From: Candidatus Marinacidobacterales bacterium
GTDB taxonomy: Bacteria; Acidobacteriota; Vicinamibacteria; Marinacidobacterales; DATDRI01
Length of the DNA stretch: 64,000 nt
Assembly (NCBI GenBank): GCA_965226495.1
Contig: OZ245365.1
Coordinates: 2,816,001 to 2,880,000, forward strand
Reading direction: 5' to 3'
The notes under the pieces were generated by a model. That model was given only the letters and a program-made list of their open reading frames with translations. It searched no databases and was not told where the DNA came from. Both the position numbers and the translations under genes were made by a program. Of the stretch, positions 1 to 10,082 are shown piece by piece. Position 1 is the stretch's first letter, and every line of letters begins with the position of its first letter.

Positions 1-1076
1 CCTTGTTCGCTCTCAAGGAGAACCTCCCCATGGTCCTAGAGGTCTTCGCCGACATACTCCAGAACCCAGTCTTCGCCCCGGACAAGATCCAGCTGGCCAA
101 GGTGATGATGCAAAGTGGCATCGCACGGAGAAACGACGACGTCGCGGGCATTGCGAATCGGGAGTTCCAGCAACTACTTTACGGAAGCGACAGCCCTTTT
201 GCCCGAAACGTAGAGCACGCCACGATCGCCAACATCACTCGAGAGGATATCGTTCAGTTTCACGCGCGCTACTTCCACCCCAACCAGATCGCCCTCGGCC
301 TCTGGGGGGACTTCGAGAGTGACGCGGTTCGAGCACAGGTCGAGAGAATCTTTGGTTCCTCGAAACGCAAGAACGTCGACATCCCACCGGTGCCCAAGGT
401 CGACACCGCCCTCGAGGCCTCCGTTAACTACGTCTCGAAGGACGACATCAACCAGACCAATCTCCGCATTGGCCACCTCGGTGGCCGTCGGGACGACCCC
501 GATTATTTCGCAATGAGCCTCATGGCTGAAATTCTGGGAGGAGGGTTCTCTTCTCGCCTGTTCAAACTCATCCGATCGGAGCAGGGGCTCGCCTACCGTG
601 TTGGCGCCTCCTGGAATGCCGCCTGGGATCACCCCGGCACTTTCTCGGTCGTGTGCAACACGAAATCCGAGACCACCATGCAGGCGACCACCGAGATCCT
701 CAAGGAAGTTCGACGCATCACCGAGGAGCCGGTCACCGAGGACGAGCTTCGCCTCGCGAAAGACGGGATCTTGAACTCCTTCGTGTTCAACTTCGATTCG
801 AAGGGTGAAATCGTCAGCCGTTTGATGATCTACGAATACTACGGCTATCCCGTGGATTTTTTAGAGAAGTATCGTTCCAACGTCGAGAACGTGACCGCGG
901 ACGACATTCTCCGGGCGGCCAAGAAGCACATCAAACCGGACGACCTCACTATCCTAGCGGTGGGTCGAGGGCAGGACTTCGACAAGCCTCTCGACACTTT
1001 GGGTGACGTCAACACCATCGACATCAGCATCCCGCCCCCGTCCCAAGGAGCCAAAGGGGAAGTTTCCGGCCGATAG
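1..1076 (+). CDS. M16 family (pitrilysin/insulinase-like) peptidase, C-terminal part; runs off window start
   Basis: M16 C-domain motifs 'ILGGGFSSRLFKLIRSEQGLAYRV', 'FHARYFHPNQIALGLWGDF' and 'VTADDILRAAKKHI'; frame open to the edge. Confidence 0.85.
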   Translation, partial: LFALKENLPMVLEVFADILQNPVFAPDKIQLAKVMMQSGIARRNDDVAGIANREFQQLLYGSDSPFARNVEHATIANITREDIVQFHARYFHPNQIALGLWGDFESDAVRAQVERIFGSSKRKNVDIPPVPKVDTALEASVNYVSKDDINQTNLRIGHLGGRRDDPDYFAMSLMAEILGGGFSSRLFKLIRSEQGLAYRVGASWNAAWDHPGTFSVVCNTKSETTMQATTEILKEVRRITEEPVTEDELRLAKDGILNSFVFNFDSKGEIVSRLMIYEYYGYPVDFLEKYRSNVENVTADDILRAAKKHIKPDDLTILAVGRGQDFDKPLDTLGDVNTIDISIPPPSQGAKGEVSGR

Positions 1077-1092
1077 GCGTCCGTTCGTCCGC

Positions 1093-1599
1093 TCAGCCGA
1101 ATAGAGCGCTAACAATAAACCAGAACGCGATGTAAAAGATGACGCCAATGCCGCATACCGCCGCGGCGCGGCCGATGTCCGTGTAGCTCAACGCCGCCTT
1201 GACGGCAAACACGGTGGCGACGATCATCCAAACACTCGCCGCAAATACCAAAAAAGGGCCGAGTACGGGAACGACCCCCAGGATCCGAGCGATGCCCGGC
1301 GCCGCGCCGAAACCCATCGGCCTGAGAAATTTATTGAAGTCGGCTTCCGTTTGGCCTTCGGGTAGGAGCTTGGTCCCTACGACGAAGACGACTCCCGCCA
1401 AAACGACCCAGGTGACCAAACCACGAATCACACCTCCGACGACACCGATTCCCCCCATACCTCCAATTCCCGCCGCGAGGGCGGAGAGGGCGACCACTCC
1501 GATCGCCTGGTTGAAAGCGTTGGGATCCGCGCGGATCTCTGCGTACGCGCGGGGATCGAGCCTTGCCGCGCCGACTATCCTCTGCTGGAAACTCGCCAT
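1093..1599 (-). CDS. YIP1-family membrane protein
   Basis: 168 aa, ~5 hydrophobic helices; 'GAARLDPRAYAEI..D..AFNQA' and 'LRPMGFGAAPG' typical of bacterial YIP1 proteins. Confidence 0.7.
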   Translation of the reverse strand: MASFQQRIVGAARLDPRAYAEIRADPNAFNQAIGVVALSALAAGIGGMGGIGVVGGVIRGLVTWVVLAGVVFVVGTKLLPEGQTEADFNKFLRPMGFGAAPGIARILGVVPVLGPFLVFAASVWMIVATVFAVKAALSYTDIGRAAAVCGIGVIFYIAFWFIVSALFG

Positions 1600-1645
1600 G
1601 TGCTCCCTCCTGTTATGAAACTCTCATGGTACTCGCATCGGCGCT

Positions 1646-2518
1646 TTACTTGGTCGCGTTGAAGGCCTTCAAAACCTCTAATAAGTCACTACTGGTATAG
1701 GTGATCTCCCAGTCCCCGGTCCTAGTCGCCCCCGGGTAGAGCGCACCATCGTTGATCGTTTCCTCACGCTTCAGCTGGAGTTTCATTGTGTAGGGTGGGC
1801 TCAACGTGTACGGCTTGTACTGTGCCCGGTTCCGGACCGCCTTTTCGACACCCTCACGGATCCGCTCCCGTGCGACTTCGGGGTGCAGATTTACGGCTAC
1901 CGGACCAATAGCCTCTTTCACCGCGACCGTCTCGATATCGCCCACCAGTCCCTCCATTTGCTCACAAACCGCCTTGTCGCCCGCGACGAATACAACCGGG
2001 ACGTTGTAGAGCCCCGCGATGAGAGCGTTGTAGCCGCCCTCGGGTAGAGAAACCCCATTGATCGAAAAATCCGACACGTTCCCGTTCGATGTGTGCTCCA
2101 GAATGGCGTCCGGTGTTCCCGCCTTGGCGTGATAGCCGATGAATATTGCGGCATCGAAGGACGCATCGATTGGCAGCATCATGTTCTTAGGCCCCGGGGC
2201 GAGCCCGCGCACAAGAAGGGCGTTCCGATTCAGCTCTTCCGGAAGCAGGTTCGTCTTCGAGCCGTGGGAGTCGCGCACCACCACCTCGGTCGCTCCTGCG
2301 GCCAGCGCGCCTTCGATGGCGGCGTTGGCTTCCTTGGTCATGACCTTCCGGAAGTATTGATATTGGCTCCCCGAACTGCCCGTATCCTCTCGGTCTACGA
2401 CGCCGGTAAGGCCCTCCATGTCCACAGAGATAAAAACCTTCAACCCACTTTGCGCCGCGCCGAAGGTGGCGAGGCAAAGATAAGCCATAACGGATACGAT
2501 CCAAGTCAGTCGTCTCAT
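1646..2518 (-). CDS. dppA: M55 family D-aminopeptidase (DppA-like) with signal peptide
   Basis: 'KVFISVDMEGLTGV', 'RDSHG', 'FIGYHAKAG...LEHT' are M55 metal-binding motifs; N-terminal MRRLTW...AAQ signal. Confidence 0.9.
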   Translation of the reverse strand: MRRLTWIVSVMAYLCLATFGAAQSGLKVFISVDMEGLTGVVDREDTGSSGSQYQYFRKVMTKEANAAIEGALAAGATEVVVRDSHGSKTNLLPEELNRNALLVRGLAPGPKNMMLPIDASFDAAIFIGYHAKAGTPDAILEHTSNGNVSDFSINGVSLPEGGYNALIAGLYNVPVVFVAGDKAVCEQMEGLVGDIETVAVKEAIGPVAVNLHPEVARERIREGVEKAVRNRAQYKPYTLSPPYTMKLQLKREETINDGALYPGATRTGDWEITYTSSDLLEVLKAFNATK

Positions 2519-2520
2519 CC

Positions 2521-4245
2521 TCACCTCTCCATCCATCCCGATGAATCTTCTCCTGCCGGGGCGTTCTTCCTGATGTGCTCCGCCATCGATTTGATGAGCT
2601 CAGCATTCGTCATCGGGCGCCAACCGTGTCCCTTTTTCGGGCGACCATGATGTACTTCACCGCCGTAGTACGGATCCTTGGTGCTCTCTAAGAAGTCCTC
2701 CATCAGGTAGACCGCGTAAGGCAGATAAAACTGATCCATTTCTGGATTGTACAGACGGATCTTGCCCACGAGGTCGGGACCGATTTCGGACCAATTGGTT
2801 TCGGTGTAGTGGCGCAGATCGTAGCCCTTGTCTTTCATGTACTGCGCGACCTCGTGGTCGAGCTTACCGGTCTTCTTGTCCCAAAGGAGCTTCGGATAAC
2901 CGTCGCCTCCGACGGGCCCATACGCCGCGTTCCAAATGTCGAGCTGCCCTCCCGACCTCCCCTTCGTACCTTGCGCCAGCTCGAGCTGGCTTATCTGCCG
3001 TACCTTGCCGACCGGCTGGCCTTCGGTCGTTCGCTGGAACATCCGCTCTGGCGCGCCCGGCACCGAACCCGGCACGATGAACGCGTTGTCGTCCTCATAG
3101 ATGTTGATGAGCTGGTAACGGCGGAAATCGATAGGGTCGGGAAAAAATGTCCACGTTCCGCCGAAGAATTTTGGGTGGTAGACCTGAAGTGCCAAGGACG
3201 TCCACCCCCCGGTGGAGCCTCCGGTGAGGACCCGCGCATAGGGTTTCGGGATGATGCGGAACTTCTCCTCCAGGTATGGGATGAGCTCCGTCAGGAGTGC
3301 GTCTCCATACGGTCCGTTGTTCGCGGAGTTCACGCCGTAGGAATCGTCAAAGTAGGGCGTTGGGTGCTGGAATGTGATCGCAAACATACGGGGAAACGAA
3401 TCCCCGCCCCAGGCTTTGTAGAAGTCGTAACCCGTGTCCCTCTTGCCGCCCGCGGCCACCATCATGTCTTGGAACAGATCATTCTGCTCGGGCGGCTCGG
3501 TCGCGAAGCCGAAGGCGGGATCCAGGCTGAAGTGATTCTGCTGATACACAACCGGGTAGTAGACATCCGGATTATCGTTGTAACCCTTCGGGAGCAGCAC
3601 CGTCGCGCCGATTTCGATCGGATGTCCCCAGAACGCGGTCAGCAGCTTGCTTTGAAACTTGACTCGCTTCACCCACTCCGTGTCTTTCGGCTCCGGCAGC
3701 GGAGGGATGGTGTCGTCGAGCTCGAGGGTGATGGTCTTGCTCTCGGTGGGATCGAGATAAACCCGTTTCGATCTACTGACGAGATTACCCGGCGAGAATG
3801 CCCAGCGCTGGCCTTCCCACTGATCCATGGGAGCCCAAATGACGTGACCATCCGAACGTCGAAACTCGGTGTACACATGGAGAACGGCCTGGACGTAATA
3901 GTCCCCGGCCGAGAGCCCCTTCAAGCTCCACAACGGATATCCGACGGCGGTGGAGTCCACCACTGCGCTCTGACCTGGCTCCAAGCCCTCCACGTCAGCG
4001 GCAAAAAAAGGCATGCGACCGTCTCGGCGCCGCGCCGAGTTGTACGCGGCGATGCGCGGAACCGGGTCATCGGTCGGACTCACCGCGAGGAACATTCGTC
4101 CCGTGAGTGGCCCGTCGCTCAGAGACTCGCCGAATGAGATCTCGAAGCGCAGCCCGACATCCTGGGATATCGCCGAGGCCGTCGATGTCCTCCATAAAAG
4201 GCCGAGACTCAACACTCCTATCAGGACAACACTTTTAACTCTCAA
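2521..4245 (-). CDS. Secreted putative esterase (alpha/beta hydrolase, enterochelin-esterase-like)
   Basis: Signal peptide; nucleophile motif 'TGGSTGGW'; 'DSYGVNSANNGPYGDAL..ELIPYLE'. Confidence 0.75.
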   Translation of the reverse strand: MRVKSVVLIGVLSLGLLWRTSTASAISQDVGLRFEISFGESLSDGPLTGRMFLAVSPTDDPVPRIAAYNSARRRDGRMPFFAADVEGLEPGQSAVVDSTAVGYPLWSLKGLSAGDYYVQAVLHVYTEFRRSDGHVIWAPMDQWEGQRWAFSPGNLVSRSKRVYLDPTESKTITLELDDTIPPLPEPKDTEWVKRVKFQSKLLTAFWGHPIEIGATVLLPKGYNDNPDVYYPVVYQQNHFSLDPAFGFATEPPEQNDLFQDMMVAAGGKRDTGYDFYKAWGGDSFPRMFAITFQHPTPYFDDSYGVNSANNGPYGDALLTELIPYLEEKFRIIPKPYARVLTGGSTGGWTSLALQVYHPKFFGGTWTFFPDPIDFRRYQLINIYEDDNAFIVPGSVPGAPERMFQRTTEGQPVGKVRQISQLELAQGTKGRSGGQLDIWNAAYGPVGGDGYPKLLWDKKTGKLDHEVAQYMKDKGYDLRHYTETNWSEIGPDLVGKIRLYNPEMDQFYLPYAVYLMEDFLESTKDPYYGGEVHHGRPKKGHGWRPMTNAELIKSMAEHIRKNAPAGEDSSGWMER

Positions 4246-4346
4246 TGAGGGTTCTCCGTTCTCTGACCGGCTGTTAGGCTAATCGAACGGAAGGCGTGCG
4301 GCAAGCGCACCTTCTTGCAGGGGGGAGGATCGAGTCGGGGTGGATT

Positions 4347-4850
4347 TCAGACGAGATCCAACTCTCGTTCTGTGACTACGAACATGAGCTCGTGGTTTCC
4401 GATGCGAAACTCAGAGCGGTTCTGCAAGGGCGCCTGCGTGACACGGCTACCATCAACGTGGGTGCCGTTGGTGCTACCGAGGTCCTGCACCATGGCGTCG
4501 GTACCACAGATCTCGAGGAGCACGTGCTGGCGCGAGATCTCGGTATCGTCCAGACAAATATCGCACTCGTCACGGCCCAGGGTAACTCGCGACTTGTCAA
4601 TCGTGAGGATACTCCCAGCTTGACAGCCCTTGAGAATGACGAGGGTATATTTCTTATCGCTGGCTAGTTGCCCGCCGGAAGCATTCTTCCTTTCCAAGGG
4701 CGTCCCCGTTATGTCTCCCGCGAAAGGCATCGTCAGTTCCGGCAACTGCATGCGGACGCCGCAACGTGGGCACAGGGCCGCTACACCAAGGACCCGAGGA
4801 AGATCCTCTTCAGAAATTTCGCAATGACAATCCCGGCATCGGATACTCAT
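4347..4850 (-). CDS. FHA-domain protein with N-terminal zinc ribbon
   Basis: CRDC...CPRC; FHA motifs 'TLGR', 'ISRQH', 'DLGSTNGT'. Confidence 0.85.
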   Translation of the reverse strand: MSIRCRDCHCEISEEDLPRVLGVAALCPRCGVRMQLPELTMPFAGDITGTPLERKNASGGQLASDKKYTLVILKGCQAGSILTIDKSRVTLGRDECDICLDDTEISRQHVLLEICGTDAMVQDLGSTNGTHVDGSRVTQAPLQNRSEFRIGNHELMFVVTERELDLV

Positions 4851-5028
4851 TCAAGCCTCGCGCGACCAGGTTAGCAGGCATATAACTTCGACGCGGTGAT
4901 CCATCACACGGTACGACCCCGTCTGGTTTGCGTGGTACAACACCTACAGTGAACCCACGGTCGATCGTTCGACGCCAGCCCCCCTGATTTCTTTGTTAAA
5001 ATGCCTCCGCTCATAGGAGGACTACCCC

Positions 5029-5805
5029 ATGCGGAAACATCTTCTGTTGACGGGATGGCTTGCCGGGCTCTTCTTGCTGCTGGTCCGACCGGCTCTCGGT
5101 GCCGCGGAGGAGCGCGAAGTCGTCATCCTCTACACCAATGACTTCCACAGCGCCATCGATCCCATCCCAGCCTACTGGCACGACGAACGGCCCATCCCGC
5201 ACCTCGGCGGTGCCGCGGAGTTAATGACTTTGGTCGAGCACATTCGGAAGCGCGAAGCTAAAGTGGGAAACCCAGTCTTCCTCTTCGACACCGGAGACAT
5301 GTTCACCGGCATGCTTTCCAAACTCACCAAGGGCGAAGCGCTCATGGAAATGATGCACACAATGGGTTACGACGCCCTCGGGATCGGAAATCACGAGTTC
5401 GACTACGGCTGGGAGAACTTTCGGAGGCAGATGTTCCGGGTGCCCTTTCCGTGTCTCGGCGCGAACATCTTTTTTAAGACAACCAGAAACTATGCCCTCA
5501 ATAAATCCGCCGGGCGCCTGTGGATCGATGCCAAGACTTACGAGATCGCGCAGTTGGAGTTCGAGCTTCTCGACAAGGTCAAGATATGGTGGGGATTCAT
5601 TGGATCCATCAGGCAGATGCGGGGCCGCTTACAGCGAGCGCCGGTGGACGGCTATCAAGACGTCTGGCTCCCCAGTCGTTTCGACATCTACATGAACGGG
5701 TGGATTTTCTTCAAGACCCTCCATCGGAACGAGAAGATGGAATGGACTGACTTCCGCAAGCTCCCGGAGCAGGCTCAGCAAGCAGCCGTCACCAGCAATC
5801 CGTAG
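5029..5805 (+). pseudogene. Chimeric ORF: 5'-nucleotidase/metallophosphoesterase N-terminus fused near 5480 to the C-terminus of an unrelated protein
   Basis: Signal peptide, 'TNDFH', 'DTGDMF', 'GNHEFD', 'LGANI'; the sequence then switches to 'LNKSAGRLWIDAKTYEIAQLE...VWLP'; rest of the nucleotidase absent. Confidence 0.7.
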
Positions 5806-5819
5806 CCACGTTACGGAGC

Positions 5820-6560
5820 TCAAGCCGCCCGATACACATCCGCGTTCTCACGGATCCCTTGTAGCGTCACCCGATAGCAATTCTTGCCGACGACGAGAAT
5901 CCCTTGTGCCTTTCCCAACTCGACGTTGTCAACGCTGAGCTCGTCCGACTCTTCCCACTCTAACGGCGTGTCGGTCTGGCAGTAGAGCTTGTGGTCGAAC
6001 TGGGCTTCCGGATGCACCTTGCTGTCATGGACATGAACGGTCGGGAAGAAGATCTTTTTCACGTCACGCGTCGGGAAAGAAAACGCCATCGGGTGCGCGT
6101 GTTGGGCGTTCCCGGCGGTTAGCTTGAAGACCGCGAACCCGAAGTCATCGTACTCACCGACTTCCCGCCAAAGCTGATCGGGAAGCCGGAACCGCGGGTC
6201 CAGGCGTGCGAAGTCCGCGATGGTGGGAACGAAAGACGCTTCGAACGCCCCGACTTCTTGCACCTCGAGCAAAGCCGGGGCGGCGACCGGTTCCTCGGAG
6301 AGTTCCTCAATCAATCCGAGGTCCGCTGATTCCGGAAAAAGCCGGTCCAAGTCCTTGAAAAACCCTTCGTAGGACTCGAGGTTGACGAAATGGACCGCAT
6401 CCTCGGCGCTCCCGGGGACTACCGGTATGGGGAGCACCATCGCGACGTCCGCGGCCGCCGAAAAGGTCATCTCGTAGACCAGGAATTGTCTCTCCTCTTC
6501 GACACGCCCAAAGATCTTGGTGCCGTGCACCTCTCTTACCGGACCGCTAAAGCAACACAT
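5820..6560 (-). CDS. Conserved hypothetical protein (DUF2330-like)
   Basis: 'MCCFSG..V..TKIF', 'AMVLPIPV', 'VGAFEASFVP', 'HPMAFSFP', 'FFPTVHVHD'. Confidence 0.55.
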   Translation of the reverse strand: MCCFSGPVREVHGTKIFGRVEEERQFLVYEMTFSAAADVAMVLPIPVVPGSAEDAVHFVNLESYEGFFKDLDRLFPESADLGLIEELSEEPVAAPALLEVQEVGAFEASFVPTIADFARLDPRFRLPDQLWREVGEYDDFGFAVFKLTAGNAQHAHPMAFSFPTRDVKKIFFPTVHVHDSKVHPEAQFDHKLYCQTDTPLEWEESDELSVDNVELGKAQGILVVGKNCYRVTLQGIRENADVYRAA

Positions 6561-6694
6561 TTTTCCCCCTCCATATTTCCCTGCCTCTGAACTGTCTTGA
6601 TTTCTTTCAGAATACCGGACTATTCCGTTCTCGCAAACTGGCTACACTGGTGTTCCGATGCTAGGATGCGTCCGGAGGGAACTGGAGGACGTAC

Positions 6695-7654
6695 TTGGAA
6701 GAACAAGAGCGACAAGAGTATCTCAGAACCCTTAAAGAGACTCCGTCACGGCTCAAGGGGACCCTCACAGGCGTTCCCAAGAAGCTCCAACAGTGGAACC
6801 CGGCTCCCGGCAAGTGGTCCATCCTACAGATCATCTGTCACATGCGGGATATGGAGAAAGAAGCGTACATCACGCGGTACAAACGTATCCTGGAAGAGGA
6901 CACCCCTTCCCTGCCCGATCTCGATGGGGACACTTTGGCGCTCGAACGAGGTTACGAGGAGCTCAAGCTCGGCGAAGTCGTGCGTGATTGGAAAAACGCT
7001 CGCAAGGAAAGCCTCAAGCTCCTCAGGAGAGTCAAGGGTGGTCAGTGGCAACGCGTCGGCACTCACGAAGCCGACGGCTCCTTGACCATGGAAGAGCTCC
7101 TACATCGTCACGCGGTAGGAAACGATCGGGCTCACCTCACCCAGATACAGGCCATCAAACAGCGATGGGACATTCTGTCGAAGCTCGAGGGCGCCCCCGC
7201 CGAGCTCATAGCCCTGATGCGCGATCTCTCTAGCGATGTCTTGAGGCGAAGCCCCGGCTCCGGAGAGTGGTCGATCATCGAGACCGCATGCCATATTCGT
7301 GACGTCGAGCAATTCTACGCGGAGAGGTTTACCAAGATCGCACACCTCGATCGTCCGCGTTTTTGGGCCATGAACAGCGAGCGCCTTGCCACAGCGAGAC
7401 GCTACCGCGAGGCAGACCTCAAGTCAGTGGTAAAGGAGTTCCGGCAACGTCGTAGCGACACGCTGACGCTGCTCAGGGCGCTTCCGCACCCGATCTGGCA
7501 GCGAACCGGGATCCACCCCGAGCGGGGTGAAACGACCATCGAACAGCTAGCGATTCGGTTGGGCCAGCACGACCGGAGGCATCTTGGTGAGATCCGCGCC
7601 CTGAAGAAAAGATGGCTTCCATCCTTCAAACCCTCTCCCTCTGAGAGAGGGTAG
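6695..7654 (+). CDS. Tandem DinB-family (DinB_2) protein
   Basis: Two repeats of 'GKWSI....HMRD.E' / 'GEWSI....HIRD.E' with C-terminal 'DRAHL' and 'HDRRHL'; GGAGG RBS before TTG start. Confidence 0.85.
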   Translation: MEEQERQEYLRTLKETPSRLKGTLTGVPKKLQQWNPAPGKWSILQIICHMRDMEKEAYITRYKRILEEDTPSLPDLDGDTLALERGYEELKLGEVVRDWKNARKESLKLLRRVKGGQWQRVGTHEADGSLTMEELLHRHAVGNDRAHLTQIQAIKQRWDILSKLEGAPAELIALMRDLSSDVLRRSPGSGEWSIIETACHIRDVEQFYAERFTKIAHLDRPRFWAMNSERLATARRYREADLKSVVKEFRQRRSDTLTLLRALPHPIWQRTGIHPERGETTIEQLAIRLGQHDRRHLGEIRALKKRWLPSFKPSPSERG

Positions 7655-7662
7655 GGTGAGGG
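7607..7662 (-). repeat. ~56-bp boxC-like palindromic repeat, copy A
   Basis: Reverse complement CCCTCACCCTACCCTCTCTCAGAGGGAGAGGG-TTTGAA-GGATGGAAGCCATCTTTT; core 31/32 identical to copy C. Confidence 0.85.
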
Positions 7663-7700
7663 ATTACAGGAGAGGGATTGAAGGACTAAGAGACTAATAT

Positions 7701-8810
7701 TTAGCGGTTATCCACTTCGAACAACTTCAGGAAGTCCTCGGCGGCTGCCGGGGATACTTTCGCAACCGCAAGGTTTTCGTCTACATGAGCCCGCCTCTTC
7801 ATACCGACGAGCGCCGTCGTGAGTCCCGGCGTCGAACGAGCGAATTGGAGTGACCTCTGGGTGTCGCTGGTGAGGCCCTTGAAGAGCTTTCCCAGCCAGT
7901 CCGGCAGCCCTTTAGTCAGCCGACCCTGACCGATCGATGCGCTCGACATCACGGCCACGCCCAACTCCTCGGCGGCCGATAGAGCCGAGACCGACTTTCC
8001 GTTGAGCGGCTGGTTTTGTTCCGTTAGAGCCTCGGTCATCGCCAAACTATAAGGTAGCTGAACGAAACGGCAGTGGTGCTTCTCACCCCCGACCTCCCTG
8101 GCCAAGGAGATGACCGATTCGAGTGACAGAAAGCTTTTGGCCGTAGGCGGCTGTCGGTACCCTCCCCACGTTGCGGTGCCGTAGTATTGGATCTTTCCAT
8201 CGGACGTCGCCTTCTCCAGTAACTCGAATACCGCTCGCAACCGCCGGCTGAGCTCCTCGCTCGAGACCTCGGTAAGCTGCATCTCAGGGTTGTGAACGTA
8301 GTAGATGTCGATCGTCTCGACGCCGAGGTTGGACAGACTGCGATCGAGCTGATTCTCTAGGAAGTCAGGTGTGATGACCTGGCACTCACCTACGATATCC
8401 TCCGGGCGCACCACTCCGGGTCCCAAGTAGGTTTTCTCGAGATAGTCCGTCACATCAGGAGGCGATTCGTTCTCAAAGGGGATGAACCCTCCCTTTGTCG
8501 CCACCACCACCTGCTCTCGCGGGATGTTCTGCTTGGCAAGCTCGCGCAGAGCATCGCGAATGTTGCGTTCGCTCCGCTGACAGCGATAGTTGATGGCCGT
8601 ATCGAGGACGTTGCAACCCGATTGGACCGCCTGGACCACGGCACTGCGATAGAGGTCGTCGGTGGTGTCGTCGTTTCGACCCAGGTATGTGCCTAAACCA
8701 ATCGAGGAGAGCCAAAGACCCTGTACTTGTCGAAAGTGGCGTTCCGCAACTCCTTCGCGTACGCGCTCGTCGGCGTAAGTCTTGGTCCCCTGGACCGTGG
8801 CTCCAGCCAT
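7701..8810 (-). CDS. Aldo/keto reductase
   Basis: 'SSIGLGTY', 'LDTAINY', 'VVATKGG', 'IDIYYVHNPE', 'ALVGM...HVDEN'. Confidence 0.9.
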   Translation of the reverse strand: MAGATVQGTKTYADERVREGVAERHFRQVQGLWLSSIGLGTYLGRNDDTTDDLYRSAVVQAVQSGCNVLDTAINYRCQRSERNIRDALRELAKQNIPREQVVVATKGGFIPFENESPPDVTDYLEKTYLGPGVVRPEDIVGECQVITPDFLENQLDRSLSNLGVETIDIYYVHNPEMQLTEVSSEELSRRLRAVFELLEKATSDGKIQYYGTATWGGYRQPPTAKSFLSLESVISLAREVGGEKHHCRFVQLPYSLAMTEALTEQNQPLNGKSVSALSAAEELGVAVMSSASIGQGRLTKGLPDWLGKLFKGLTSDTQRSLQFARSTPGLTTALVGMKRRAHVDENLAVAKVSPAAAEDFLKLFEVDNR

Positions 8811-8986
8811 GCCCCCTCCCCCCTCCTTGGATGTCTGTCGGCGAGGCATGATGATACCTCTCCCACCACCCCAGGCCAACCCATATGGCCACTCCCCTTG
8901 ACATCCTACGGAGCTACTCTACACTCCTGTCGACGCTCTAGGGGACTAAAATGAGCCCCCTTTGCACGGAAAAGGAGACGAAGGTC

Positions 8987-10075
8987 ATGACAGATGCACG
9001 TTTGGTCCTACCCCTTTTGTTCGTGGGCTTCTTGGGCTCCGCCTCCGCGGGCGGTCCTGAGCCGGTAGAAACCCTCTTGGGATTCGATCCCGTCCTCTTG
9101 ACCGAGGGAAAAGAGGTTCTCGGCAACGAGGAGATCTCGCTCACCCGAGAAGGGTTTCGGTATCACTTTGCCAACGCTAGGAACAAATCGACCTTCATGG
9201 GTGATCCGGAACGTTACGGCATCCAGATGGGCGGCCTCTGCGCGCGACTCGGGGAGAGCGTCCCGGGCGCTCCCGACATGTACACCGTCCACGCCGGTCG
9301 GATTTATCTCATCGCCAGCGAAGAGTGCCGCGAGCTCTTCGAGGCAACGCCGTCAAAGTATCTCGAACCTGACCTCCCCATGTCCCCTCGTACCGCCGAC
9401 ACCGTCAAAAAGGGTCGGGAGCTCATTCAAGAAGCGGTCGAGGCCACCGGCGGCGCACACGCCATCGACTCTCTCGCAAGTTATGAGGCGGTGGGTACGG
9501 TACCCGACGCGTCCCGGGAACGGCGCATCAAGACGACGTTCACGATTCTCTTCCCCGATCATCTCCGACTAGAAAGGGAAACTCCCAACTACGGATCGAT
9601 TGCGACCATCACCGTAGGGAACGACGCCTTCGAGGTTCGTCCAACTGAAGTTCGAGCCTTCAGCAAGGCCCAGCGTGTCAATTTCCGAAAGACAATGACC
9701 CGCAACGTGCTGAGCTCCTTGCAAGCTCGCAACGAGCCTGAGTACAGCGCGGTATACACCGGCTCGGACGAAATCAACGGAAAGCGTGTGGGAAAGGTCG
9801 CGGTGGATTTCGGCGGGCAACTCCTAACCCTGGGCATCGAATCAACCACCGGCCGAGTCTTGACCCTAGCTTACCTGGGCCGCGGCCCCGAGGGCGATTA
9901 CGGGCAAGTCATGCAAACATTGTCCGACTATAGGACCATCAACGGAGTGACACTCCCTTTCAAGACGAGCACGACATTCAACGGCCAGCCAGTGCCTCAA
10001 ATGTCATTCACTGCAGAGTCGATCACACTCAACGGGAAGATTTCCACCGAAGCTTTCGAGAGACCGACCGATTGA
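8987..10075 (+). CDS. Secreted YHS-domain protein with C-terminal LolA-like/lipoprotein-sorting-like domain
   Basis: Signal peptide; 'LGFDPV', 'YHFANARNKSTF..DPERY', 'IYLIASEECRELF..TPSKY'; C-terminal 'A.GG..AI', 'LSDYRTINGVTLPF'. Confidence 0.65.
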   Translation: MTDARLVLPLLFVGFLGSASAGGPEPVETLLGFDPVLLTEGKEVLGNEEISLTREGFRYHFANARNKSTFMGDPERYGIQMGGLCARLGESVPGAPDMYTVHAGRIYLIASEECRELFEATPSKYLEPDLPMSPRTADTVKKGRELIQEAVEATGGAHAIDSLASYEAVGTVPDASRERRIKTTFTILFPDHLRLERETPNYGSIATITVGNDAFEVRPTEVRAFSKAQRVNFRKTMTRNVLSSLQARNEPEYSAVYTGSDEINGKRVGKVAVDFGGQLLTLGIESTTGRVLTLAYLGRGPEGDYGQVMQTLSDYRTINGVTLPFKTSTTFNGQPVPQMSFTAESITLNGKISTEAFERPTD

Positions 10076-10082
10076 AAACCAG

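Noticed and set aside
2809-4137. Long antisense ORFs (e.g. 2809-4137, 33044-34516, 50257-51108, 60515-61561)
   Set aside because: They shadow well-supported genes on the opposite strand, have no family motifs, and are expected in GC-rich DNA.
5466-5718. 'IFFKT' occurs twice in the chimeric ORF
   Set aside because: The codons differ and the second copy is far from the junction; likely chance.
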